IMG/VR virus record: IMGVR_UViG_3300018018_000003
Span: 1,959-65,958 of that record
Reading direction: 5' to 3' (one strand)
Origin: a virus
Taxonomy: Duplodnaviria; Caudoviricetes
DNA: 64,000 nt
Numbering within the stretch: position 1 is the stretch's first letter; each line of letters opens with the position of its first letter. A program made the translations under genes and the position numbers. Shown here in pieces: positions 48,518-56,542 of this stretch. Below the pieces are notes generated by a model, which was not told the origin of the DNA, ran no database searches, and saw only the letters and a program-made list of their open reading frames with translations.

Positions 48518-49131
48518 AATGAAAGTTGTAATTGTGAAATATGATTTTTAAATCGCTTTTCTTGTGACTCAAAGTAATCCTTGTCAATCTCATATCCCCA
48601 AAAGTCAAAGCCACCGTCATAACAGGCTATCCGACTACTGCCACTTCCCAAATGAGTGTCAAGAATCTTATCGCCTGCTTTGGCATAGTTCTTTAAAAGC
48701 CACTTGTAAAGTTTAATAGACTTTTGAGTAGGATGTATTTTTAATTCATTTGTGCGAGTTGTTGCTTCTTTATATATTCTTGATGTGGTTTGAAAAGATG
48801 TCCAACAATATTCAAAAGCAGAAAAATTATCAAACGGCTGGTCTTTATCCCATATACAAATTCCTCTCGTAGCGGGAAGTTCAAAATAATTGCCGCCCCA
48901 TATACATTGATTTTTGCTTACCCTAAATAATTCAATAAAATATTTATCCGTAGGTTTAACATCCCAATCAGTATTCATAGAATTTAATACTCTGTTTTTT
49001 AATTTTCCTCTTCCATGAACAGAATCATCGGGCAAACCATACGGCGGGTCAACGATAGCCAAGTCAAAGAAGTTATCAGGGAACTTCGCAATCCCGACCA
49101 TACAATCAATATTCTCAACAAAACTTATCAT
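48514..49131 (-). CDS. DNA N6-adenine/N4-cytosine methyltransferase (beta class)
   Basis: DLAIVDPPYG, IWGGNYF, HPTQK, ILD.HLGSGS; start moved to MISFVEN. Confidence 0.9.
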   Translation of the reverse strand: MISFVENIDCMVGIAKFPDNFFDLAIVDPPYGLPDDSVHGRGKLKNRVLNSMNTDWDVKPTDKYFIELFRVSKNQCIWGGNYFELPATRGICIWDKDQPFDNFSAFEYCWTSFQTTSRIYKEATTRTNELKIHPTQKSIKLYKWLLKNYAKAGDKILDTHLGSGSSRIACYDGGFDFWGYEIDKDYFESQEKRFKNHISQLQLSL

Positions 49132-49829
49132 AATTTTCCAAGTATATTTCTTCGTTGAACCCTCCAAAAGAGTTTTCCTCCGTCAATCTTGCTATGCAGG
49201 GGATATTGAAGCGGAATGTCATTAATCTTTTTCAGCATTATAAGGTCACAATCTGTTACCTTAACACCCTCGTCAGTATATTCCGGATCGCAGTAACCCC
49301 TATTTGGATTCCCGACATATCTCACGATGCCATAACTCACTTTTGTGTTCGACTGGGTATTCAACACCACCCTCTCCAATCCAACCTTTTTCATCCTTTC
49401 TTTTTCCAACTGAATAGCCGGGTCTTCTGATGGCTCTACAAGGATATAACCATTGATAGGAGTTATGAAGTCATCGCCATATTTGCAATAGATGTTCTCA
49501 TAGGAGACAAAAACATATCTCTCGCCATCCTCAATGATATATTTTCTAAACTGCGGATTAAGGGCATTGACAACTGCCAGGTAATACACCACCACATGAT
49601 CTCCTAACTCCACCTCCATATCGCAATCCCATGGCATCCCTTTATTTGGAACTCCCGTATATCTCAGGTATGAGGGCAATCCATAAACTATCCCCGTGAC
49701 GGTTATGTTCCTCTCCCTCTCATAAGTGTCATCCACATAAAGGGTGAATCCATTTTTTAGCTTGATAGAGGTATTCTCCGCATCAAGTTTTATCATAACC
49801 GTATTTGGGAGTGTTCGCTTATAATTCAT
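49128..49829 (-). CDS. tandem GroES-like domain protein
   Basis: two GroES-like units (N.V.I...G.V...EV..GD.V; PINGYILVEP...G.V.YVG.P); start moved to MNYKR. Confidence 0.65.
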   Translation of the reverse strand: MNYKRTLPNTVMIKLDAENTSIKLKNGFTLYVDDTYERERNITVTGIVYGLPSYLRYTGVPNKGMPWDCDMEVELGDHVVVYYLAVVNALNPQFRKYIIEDGERYVFVSYENIYCKYGDDFITPINGYILVEPSEDPAIQLEKERMKKVGLERVVLNTQSNTKVSYGIVRYVGNPNRGYCDPEYTDEGVKVTDCDLIMLKKINDIPLQYPLHSKIDGGKLFWRVQRRNILGKL

Positions 49830-50127
49830 TACTTTCTTTTTTTTCTTTTTGAAGATAATAACTATAAAACATAGCATTGCACATTATATGCCCAATATGA
49901 TGCAATCCGCTTTCCTGATCTATTTCCTCACCGTCAAATAACTTTGCCAGATGCCTTTGAAGTGATTCAAGAATTTCTGATTTATCAAGTCCTTTTTGCC
50001 AGTTCTTTGGTTCATATTTCTTTGCACCATATTCCAGAACTTCAATCATTGGTTCAAGAGATTCAAAATGAACCAATGACCATTTTCGTTTTCCGGCATT
50101 ATACCTTAAACCCTTGTTCTCTGGCAT
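49819..50127 (-). CDS. dATP/dGTP diphosphohydrolase (DUF5664-like)
   Basis: YN.GK..W.L, VL.YGA.KY...NW.KG, SL.RHL, GE..D.ESGL.H..H..CNA.F. Confidence 0.85.
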   Translation of the reverse strand: MPENKGLRYNAGKRKWSLVHFESLEPMIEVLEYGAKKYEPKNWQKGLDKSEILESLQRHLAKLFDGEEIDQESGLHHIGHIMCNAMFYSYYLQKEKKESNEL

Positions 50128-50476
50128 ATAAAATAAGTTTGGTTAAATCAAAAAATACAGGAATATTAAGCTTATTAGCTTCTTCTATTTCTTCCTGCGT
50201 ACCATGTGATTTCTGCCAGTTACCCTGAACTAAAACAGCATCGGAAGCCCTCAACCATGCCATTGAATAATCATAAAAATCCTGAACTGTCAAATCATTG
50301 GTATGATCTTCAAGTACAAAATGATAATCAAGCCACGGGCTAAAAGGTGCAAATCCCTGATGCAATAATTGATAAGCCACATGGTTTCCTTTGCGGATAT
50401 TAGAAAGAACGCCTAAAACATTGTCCGAACTATATGGTCCGGCAACATAAACTCTCATTCTTGATCTATTTATCAT
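50099..50476 (-). CDS. DUF4406/DUF1937-like nucleoside-deoxyribosyltransferase-fold protein
   Basis: VYVAGPYS, PF.P, D.V....W..S.G...E...A....IPVF. Confidence 0.75.
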   Translation of the reverse strand: MINRSRMRVYVAGPYSSDNVLGVLSNIRKGNHVAYQLLHQGFAPFSPWLDYHFVLEDHTNDLTVQDFYDYSMAWLRASDAVLVQGNWQKSHGTQEEIEEANKLNIPVFFDLTKLILYAREQGFKV

Positions 50477-50487
50477 AATGACTTTGT

Positions 50488-50793
50488 TTAGTTATATTCT
50501 TTTCTTTTCAGGTAATCAAGGTTTCTCACGCAGACAGTCTTGCCGTCTATCTTAATAAATTTAACCAATCCTTTTTTTTCAAGATTTTTGAATCGCAATG
50601 CCATTGCCCTCTTGTCCCCTCTTGACATCCCTGCAAAGGCTGGCAGTTCGCTTTTTTTAAGATTTATCTTCTGATGATGATAGACGACAATCACATAGTC
50701 ATTGACGACATCGGTTGCCATGGGACGCTTGTTGTTTATCCTGTGAAGCCATCCCCTGAGCCTTTCTATTGCCGATATTAACCGCCTGAACAT
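50488..50793 (-). CDS. hypothetical protein
   Basis: ORF directly below a promoter. Confidence 0.55.
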   Translation of the reverse strand: MFRRLISAIERLRGWLHRINNKRPMATDVVNDYVIVVYHHQKINLKKSELPAFAGMSRGDKRAMALRFKNLEKKGLVKFIKIDGKTVCVRNLDYLKRKEYN

Positions 50794-50801
50794 AACGCTT
50801 A

Positions 50802-50832
50802 CAAAATTAAACTAATTTCCTTAAAATGCAAA
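50802..50832 (-). promoter_or_regulatory. Bacteroidota-type promoter heading the operon that runs into the glycan cluster and terL
   Basis: TTTG-N19-TAATTTTG; a second -7 element TACCTTTG at 50906-50913. Confidence 0.75.
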
Positions 50833-50927
50833 ACCCCTCCCATACTGAAACGAGAAGGGTGCTATGCAAGAAAAGCAGATGTACCATATCGGCAATATGG
50901 CATGACAAAGGTAATAAATATTTTGAA

Positions 50928-51404
50928 TTACATTTCATGTCCTATTGTTTCTTCTTTATATTCAAATGCCTTTTTAAATAATTTATATAAGGTTTTATTA
51001 ATTAATTTATTTCCAAACGGAAGAGAATAAAGGAGTTCCATGTTATCATATTCTTTAAAAGTAAGCGTGTGTCCATGCAGTATAAAAATAAATCTTATTT
51101 TCGATTTGGGATTGGGATCGGATTTTTTAAAAGTAATAATATTTTTAAAAGGTGTTTTGTCTCCTTCCTTTTTTAATGTTTCAATTTCAAAATGACAATG
51201 TTCACATAATGTCACCATTTCATTATCATTATATTCCCATGGTTTTAATCCATCTCTGTATTCAATATGATGAACATGAAGGGTTGTTTCTTCATCTGAA
51301 CATTTTTTACATTTAAAATTATCTCTTTGCATAATTTCCAATCTCTTCCTTTGCCATTTAGGATGATTTAAAAGTTCCGAATAAGTTTTTGTTTCCATAA
51401 TCAA
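50928..51404 (-). CDS. HNH endonuclease-like protein
   Basis: P.WQ.KRLEI..RD.F.C..C, L.VHH, PWEY, TLC..CH. Confidence 0.85.
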   Translation of the reverse strand: MIMETKTYSELLNHPKWQRKRLEIMQRDNFKCKKCSDEETTLHVHHIEYRDGLKPWEYNDNEMVTLCEHCHFEIETLKKEGDKTPFKNIITFKKSDPNPKSKIRFIFILHGHTLTFKEYDNMELLYSLPFGNKLINKTLYKLFKKAFEYKEETIGHEM

Positions 51405-51967
51405 TCTTCTTCAAGTGTATTGTCTTTTTTTTCATATTCCCCAATTTCAAAAAATTCTCTATTTTTTCTTTCGTTTTCTATTATCCATTTTTCATAAGTC
51501 AAAATTTCTTCTTTATTTTCTTCTTTAAGAACATTATTATCTTTATTATCCTTATTGTTTGTGTTACTTGGTAGCTCCTTGGTTGTCACTTGGTTGTTAC
51601 TTGGTTGTTCTTTTTCTGTTTTTACTATTTGGTATCTCCCCCAATTATTGACAGTTACGATGGAATATTGGTTGTTACTTTCTATTGAAATCATATCAAA
51701 TTCCGGACTTGCGAATTTTTGCATCCATTTATATATGGTTGAGCCGTCAATATTGAGTTCTTCTTCTGCCTTAAATCTCCCAAAAAGGAATTGTCCTGGC
51801 AGTATCTTTACAGTTGTTTCTCCCCTTCCTATTTTAATCGGAACAAATCTTTCCTTATAGCTCGTTCTGCACAGACACCATATCCATATTTTTAATGCTG
51901 TCTGATTTGTAAACACCTGACTGTTTATTATACTTCTGAATAATCTCAATGATCCTTCTTCAATCAT
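51401..51967 (-). CDS. phage replication-initiator-like protein (N-terminal HTH plus short tail)
   Basis: G...L.R.I..S.VF.....LK.W.WCL, GQF..GR..A.EEL, YS.VT.NNW..YQ, T.NK.NK. Confidence 0.7.
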   Translation of the reverse strand: MIEEGSLRLFRSIINSQVFTNQTALKIWIWCLCRTSYKERFVPIKIGRGETTVKILPGQFLFGRFKAEEELNIDGSTIYKWMQKFASPEFDMISIESNNQYSIVTVNNWGRYQIVKTEKEQPSNNQVTTKELPSNTNNKDNKDNNVLKEENKEEILTYEKWIIENERKNREFFEIGEYEKKDNTLEED

Positions 51968-51972
51968 TTCAA

Positions 51973-52120
51973 TAAAATAAAAAAGCCGGTCTCAAACAAT
52001 AAGCCCACTCAAGGAAGGGATCAGCCAAAACCTCTTGTGGGTGTTGCTTGCCGAGACCGGCAATATTTTTAATTGAATAAATTTTATTTATCATCTGATC
52101 CCTATTACAATGCAAATATA
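51973..52120 (-). promoter_or_regulatory. promoter plus structured attenuator-like leader
   Basis: TATATTTG at 52113-52120; long hairpin closed by GCCGGTCTC/GAGACCGGC with a U tract just before the start codon. Confidence 0.55.
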
Positions 52121-52464
52121 ATTAATTTTCTTTACCCACAGTACAAGTATTTAATTATTTTTAAAGAATTATTAAAAAATAACTATCGTATCAACGGCTA
52201 CCCATTGCGTTCCGTCCCAATGACATCGGCAGTATTTATATTAGCGAGGATGAAACTATTTGGATTTTTTGGATCTATCCTTACAAGCGTTCCTGGCTGA
52301 ACTGATTGTCCTGAATTATTTCTTAACCACAATGTATTCATAAAACTATTTTTAAAGAAGTGATCCCGGCGATATTGGAAAATATGAAAACTAAACCTTA
52401 ACTAACCTATGAAAAAATCACTCCTGATGTCTAACCTGAAAAGAACGGACCGGGATCACCCTTG

Positions 52465-52537
52465 AGCTTCCGGACGGAATCGAACCGCCAACCAAGTGAT
52501 TACAGATCACTCGTTCTTCCAGTTGAACTACGGAAGC
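52465..52537 (-). tRNA. trnT: tRNA-Thr(UGU), CCA not encoded
   Basis: cloverleaf: acceptor GCTTCCG/CGGAAGC, D arm GTTC/GAAC, anticodon stem AGTGA/TCACT with loop TCTGTAA, T arm GGCGG-TTCGATT-CCGTC. Confidence 0.85.
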
Positions 52538-52702
52538 ATGTTTGCGGAGTTAAAACGTCATCCTCCGCTGATGCCAGCCAACGATCTGGTCAATAAGTGG
52601 CAGATATTTAATCTGACTTTTTCACGCTTCGATCCATAACCCATGCATAGGTATTTGGCCACATATCTTTAAAGAACTTTATTTTGTTGTTAAAATCCAC
52701 AA

Positions 52703-52710
52703 CAAAGATA
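52703..52710 (-). promoter_or_regulatory. -7 promoter element for the structured RNA/tRNA unit
   Basis: TATCTTTG; the nearest upstream TTTG is 27 nt away, longer than usual. Confidence 0.55.
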
Positions 52711-52838
52711 TATAAAAATATTATATTTTCATTAATTCAAACGACTTTCTGCACTGTTTTACATTTTATCAAAGGAGATGGTATCACAAATTGTGACACC
52801 AAAATTGAAACTTATCCATTACAAACAAAAATGTTTCA

Positions 52839-53846
52839 TCAGTCCCTATAGACTTTTCCTTTATGAATCCTGAGGTTTTCCACATTAAACTCCCTGCCGT
52901 CAATGTCAAGATAAGCAAACCCATGGTTCCAGTTATTAAGAAGAGCCCATTCCGGGTGAAGGCCACAGAGACACCCTATAGACCATGTGCCCATCAGCTT
53001 CTCGTTAATATCTTTTTCTGAATGGGAGCTTGACCTATGATAGTGCGATACAAGAGCAGATGACAGGGCTTTAAGAAACAATCCCCTCGCAGCATTCACG
53101 GCAGTAATCACCCTTGACTGAAATTCGTGGCCATGGATAATAGGGAGCCGTCCGGCATAGATGATCTGTTTCTCTACAATGGTTACGTTATTAATTCCCC
53201 TCATCTTGATTATGTTGCCGAGCTTAAACTCTTCCATATCGAGGAGCTCAGGTGCTTTTACCCTGAGATATGCCTCAAGGCGCTCTTCATGGTTTCCGAG
53301 CTTCCAGTATATCTTTGTCCCCGGGAATGTCTTTTGAAGGAGCTCAAGGAATCCCACCCATAGCCATAGTTCATCATTAAGAGACCGCTTGCGTGGATCT
53401 CTTTTAAATTTTGATAGCTGGTAGTAATCGAGTCCATCACCATTGATGAGGATGAAATTCAGTTTTCTGTTGACGGCATGGTTTATCATAGCCTCCACCG
53501 CTATCTTATCATGGTATGGCGCATGGGTATCGGAAAAAAGAAGCCCATGCGTCTCTGATATATGGACGGGTTTCCAGATGTCGCATTCCGATTCAGGGAC
53601 GCTAAAGACATTGGGCTTTCCTGCAGGACGGTAGAACTTCGTATTTGTTACTTTATCCCTGTTTTTATTGCCGTTCTGCCCTATATAATCCCTTATTATG
53701 CCCCTTACATGTTCCGTATTATGAAACAGTTCGGAATTTTCAGCGTATATTTTTTTTGCCAGCGAGCGAGCCGCGGCATCGGGGAATCTTTCAAGATACT
53801 GCAATACTACTTCTCCGGTTAGTTTTGCACTGCTTTTCTTCTTCAT
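52839..53846 (-). CDS. calcineurin-like metallophosphoesterase
   Basis: SDTH.PYHD, NGD..D, GNHE.R, HGHE, H.H, GCLC.L.P. Confidence 0.88.
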   Translation of the reverse strand: MKKKSSAKLTGEVVLQYLERFPDAAARSLAKKIYAENSELFHNTEHVRGIIRDYIGQNGNKNRDKVTNTKFYRPAGKPNVFSVPESECDIWKPVHISETHGLLFSDTHAPYHDKIAVEAMINHAVNRKLNFILINGDGLDYYQLSKFKRDPRKRSLNDELWLWVGFLELLQKTFPGTKIYWKLGNHEERLEAYLRVKAPELLDMEEFKLGNIIKMRGINNVTIVEKQIIYAGRLPIIHGHEFQSRVITAVNAARGLFLKALSSALVSHYHRSSSHSEKDINEKLMGTWSIGCLCGLHPEWALLNNWNHGFAYLDIDGREFNVENLRIHKGKVYRD

Positions 53847-54712
53847 ATATTATTCTTTTTACAAAAGTCATCTATCCTTTTATACAACTCAATATTCCTT
53901 TCTATCATCCTCAGCCTTACAAATGACATCACATCAATCTGTTTCTTGAGTGTGCCCCATAGGTGAGTATAACGATATTTGGACTCTATGTCCATGGCGT
54001 CCTTACAGAGTATTTTAACCTTATCCCTTAGATTATTCTTCTTTATCAGGCATGCCCCGAAGTATTGCTCCGACCATAAGTTATGATGGATGAGGAGATG
54101 CTTATAATCTTCAAAGATAACCTTATGGTTCTCTAGTGCAAAGATATATTCCCTGCTGACAGCGAGCCATTCCTTAAAGAAATCAAGATTATGACCCCCG
54201 CATATCCCGCAGTTATAGGCAAAGTCATTTACCTCATTATCCGTTATGGATTTGGGTCTTAAAGGAGCATTATTCCAGCACTCTCGAAGTATGTTATAAT
54301 ATTGATAGCCCTCTTCATTAAAGGGTTCCTGGCTCTGAAAGCAAAGGCGTGCATTGAGTATCTTTGGAGGTAATGGTCCCCATAGGAGCACATCGTTATC
54401 TAGATGAATAAAAGGTTTATCCTGCATGGCATAGGCGAGCATCTTCCCGTATGCCCAGAAATACCTTACGACATCTTTTACACCGGATAACTCATTTAGC
54501 TTATTAGAATAGTCTGTTATGGGAAGATCGAATTGTCTGAAGAGGTCAATGCCCCAGTCATTAGATACAAACTGCACCTCCTTAAAGTGACGGGAGGCGC
54601 AGCGTATTGCAAGAGCCGTAGTGAATATAAGATCACTAAACTTGACGAATCCCCCTGTGTTGCCGAATGACTCGTCTGGGTTGTAGTAAGAAAACACCGC
54701 TTTTCTTATCAT
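53843..54712 (-). CDS. DUF6734-like protein (DxD nucleotide-sugar-transferase-like)
   Basis: FWA.GK..AY..Q..PF.H.DNDV, AYN.G..GG, EQY. Confidence 0.65.
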   Translation of the reverse strand: MIRKAVFSYYNPDESFGNTGGFVKFSDLIFTTALAIRCASRHFKEVQFVSNDWGIDLFRQFDLPITDYSNKLNELSGVKDVVRYFWAYGKMLAYAMQDKPFIHLDNDVLLWGPLPPKILNARLCFQSQEPFNEEGYQYYNILRECWNNAPLRPKSITDNEVNDFAYNCGICGGHNLDFFKEWLAVSREYIFALENHKVIFEDYKHLLIHHNLWSEQYFGACLIKKNNLRDKVKILCKDAMDIESKYRYTHLWGTLKKQIDVMSFVRLRMIERNIELYKRIDDFCKKNNI

Positions 54713-54721
54713 AGCCGGAGA

Positions 54722-55015
54722 TTAGACGTCTGAATCGTCATCAGCCCCCGCATAGGCCAGCCAGTAGTAGCCGATAGCACCGGCATAGGTTGTGCCATAA
54801 GGAGCTGTACCTCCACAGAGGACTTGCATTGCTGTGTCGTGCCTCCACTTCCACTCATTCAGATCTATTACCTTGGTGGTGCAATGATGAATATTGAACC
54901 ACTGCGCTCCCGAATACGGGCCTCCTGTCTGTAATCCCTGGGATGATGTCCCTGTGGAATTAACGACATGAACCCTGGCTTTAAGGAGCACACGAGCTCT
55001 GACATTTGTTGCCAT
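54722..55015 (-). CDS. hypothetical protein
   Basis: 97 aa ORF in operon context. Confidence 0.55.
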   Translation of the reverse strand: MATNVRARVLLKARVHVVNSTGTSSQGLQTGGPYSGAQWFNIHHCTTKVIDLNEWKWRHDTAMQVLCGGTAPYGTTYAGAIGYYWLAYAGADDDSDV

Positions 55016-55056
55016 GATTGAAAAGAATTAAATTAAACAATAGAACGATAACTATA

Positions 55057-55593
55057 TTAAAGCGTGGTAAACGATTTAACGACTCCGTACTGCGTATTAC
55101 CCGTAGCAGTGTATTGGGCAAAGCATCTGTAGTAATACTTCGTCTTCGTGGTGAGCCCGGCCCATGCATAAGTCATCGGCAGAACAGTAGCCGTAGCTCC
55201 CGTAGGACTCCCTGTAGCCACAACGGTTCCTGAGGCAAGCGTCCTGTCCGTCCCTAACTGGAATCCTGTGGTACATCCTGCCCCAGTGACTTTACCATTA
55301 AGCGTAGCCGATATAGCCGTTATAGACGATGCGGCATCTGTCTCCACTACCGGTGGCACATCGGATGTGTTTGTCAACACCCCGTAATAAAAACAACTCA
55401 TCATATCTGCGATACGGGTTGCCAGTTCAGTGGAAGGGACAATTATAGCCGGGTAATCGCTGTAGTTCTCCAAAACATATTTCTTCTGTCCCGAGTTCTT
55501 CTTCGGAGCTTTTGAAGTGTAGTCCTGGTCAAGAAGCTCTGTCTCCTCGAGAACCACCTTCATCCTTACCTTTACATCGTGTATGACTGCCAT
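55057..55593 (-). CDS. protein with C-terminal FN3-like domain
   Basis: P.V.T.AASSIT..SATLNG.V, GL...T.YYYR.FA, YG...SFTT. Confidence 0.75.
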   Translation of the reverse strand: MAVIHDVKVRMKVVLEETELLDQDYTSKAPKKNSGQKKYVLENYSDYPAIIVPSTELATRIADMMSCFYYGVLTNTSDVPPVVETDAASSITAISATLNGKVTGAGCTTGFQLGTDRTLASGTVVATGSPTGATATVLPMTYAWAGLTTKTKYYYRCFAQYTATGNTQYGVVKSFTTL

Positions 55594-55630
55594 GACATTA
55601 TGATTTTAATTTGACAATAATTACAGTGAG

Positions 55631-55662
55631 CAAAATTAAACTATTTTATCCACAACTGCAAA
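55631..55662 (-). promoter_or_regulatory. Bacteroidota-type promoter
   Basis: TTTG-N20-TAATTTTG. Confidence 0.8.
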
Positions 55663-55663
55663 T

Positions 55664-55963
55664 TCAATAATTATTATCCCTTCTTGTATATCTCAGAAAA
55701 CCCTCCATACCTCCCTTACCCCTCCTCTTAAAGCTCTGCCCTCCCTTCTCTATATCCGTGACATGCAGCTTCATTATAACCACATCCCCATTCTCATAAT
55801 AACACTTCCCCTTCCTCGTGAATACCCACATCAGCTTACCATACCCGATCCCCGTCCTCTTACTGAGCACCCTCTTATTGGTACACCCTCCCGCATGCAC
55901 CCCCTCCAACCCCTTAAAATAGTACACGAATAACTCCCTGCTCGTTAACCTCACCGATACCAT
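55664..55963 (-). CDS. small basic protein, possible HTH
   Basis: LSKRTGIGYGKL..VF.RK; strongly G-rich coding strand. Confidence 0.5.
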   Translation of the reverse strand: MVSVRLTSRELFVYYFKGLEGVHAGGCTNKRVLSKRTGIGYGKLMWVFTRKGKCYYENGDVVIMKLHVTDIEKGGQSFKRRGKGGMEGFLRYTRRDNNY

Positions 55964-56046
55964 ATATACCCTTTTTAATTATCTGAAAACTATTCTATGT
56001 ACACAGAATAGCATACCCTTAAAAATATTACAGTTCTTATGTGCAG

Positions 56047-56078
56047 CAAATATACACCCTATAATTCTAATAAACAAA
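56047..56078 (-). promoter_or_regulatory. Bacteroidota-type promoter at the head of the leftward arm
   Basis: TTTG-N20-TATATTTG. Confidence 0.8.
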
Positions 56079-56326
56079 TAAAAAATAGGAAATAACCATG
56101 GTGAGTCTATGCCGGTAGCGACTAATCATCCATGCGCGGTTCGTCTGAAATGAAAAACCGTTTTCCGCATCCCACCCCCTCCAAATCAGCGCCCGCGAAT
56201 GAATTTGACCGCAAAATAAAGCGGTTTGATGCCTGGATCAGATTATATTAAAGCGTTCTGGCTGTCAAATGAATAGGGGAGGGGCAAGCCTGAAAAATAA
56301 ATTTAAGCATGCCTGTTTTTAATTCT

Positions 56327-56354
56327 ATTTTACATAATAATAATTATAGGACAG
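56327..56354 (-). other. dif-like XerC/XerD recombination site
   Basis: minus strand CTGTCCTATAA-TTATTA-TTATGTAAAAT, an 11-6-11 layout closely resembling bacterial dif. Confidence 0.7.
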
Positions 56355-56542
56355 ATTGGGGCACATCTGTCTGCATGGATTTATGAGCTCTTGCGAACTT
56401 GCCCGGAATTTCTATTTTACATAATATTTGCCGGTTTATTGACTTCGGCAAGCACTGAATACATATAATAATGAGTTAATTAGTGCAATCAATATTAAAT
56501 TTGTTTATATATTTGTGTTTTAAAATGGTTTAAAATTTGAAT

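Noticed and set aside
52495-52511. tRNA-Tyr(GUA) reading of the tRNA
   Set aside because: Centring GTA in a 7-nt loop breaks the anticodon stem, and the long variable arm of bacterial tRNA-Tyr is absent. Thr(UGU) fits better.
1001-55233. Many plus-strand ORFs of 60-190 aa in the ORF track
   Set aside because: They are antisense shadows of well-supported minus-strand genes and show no recognisable motifs.
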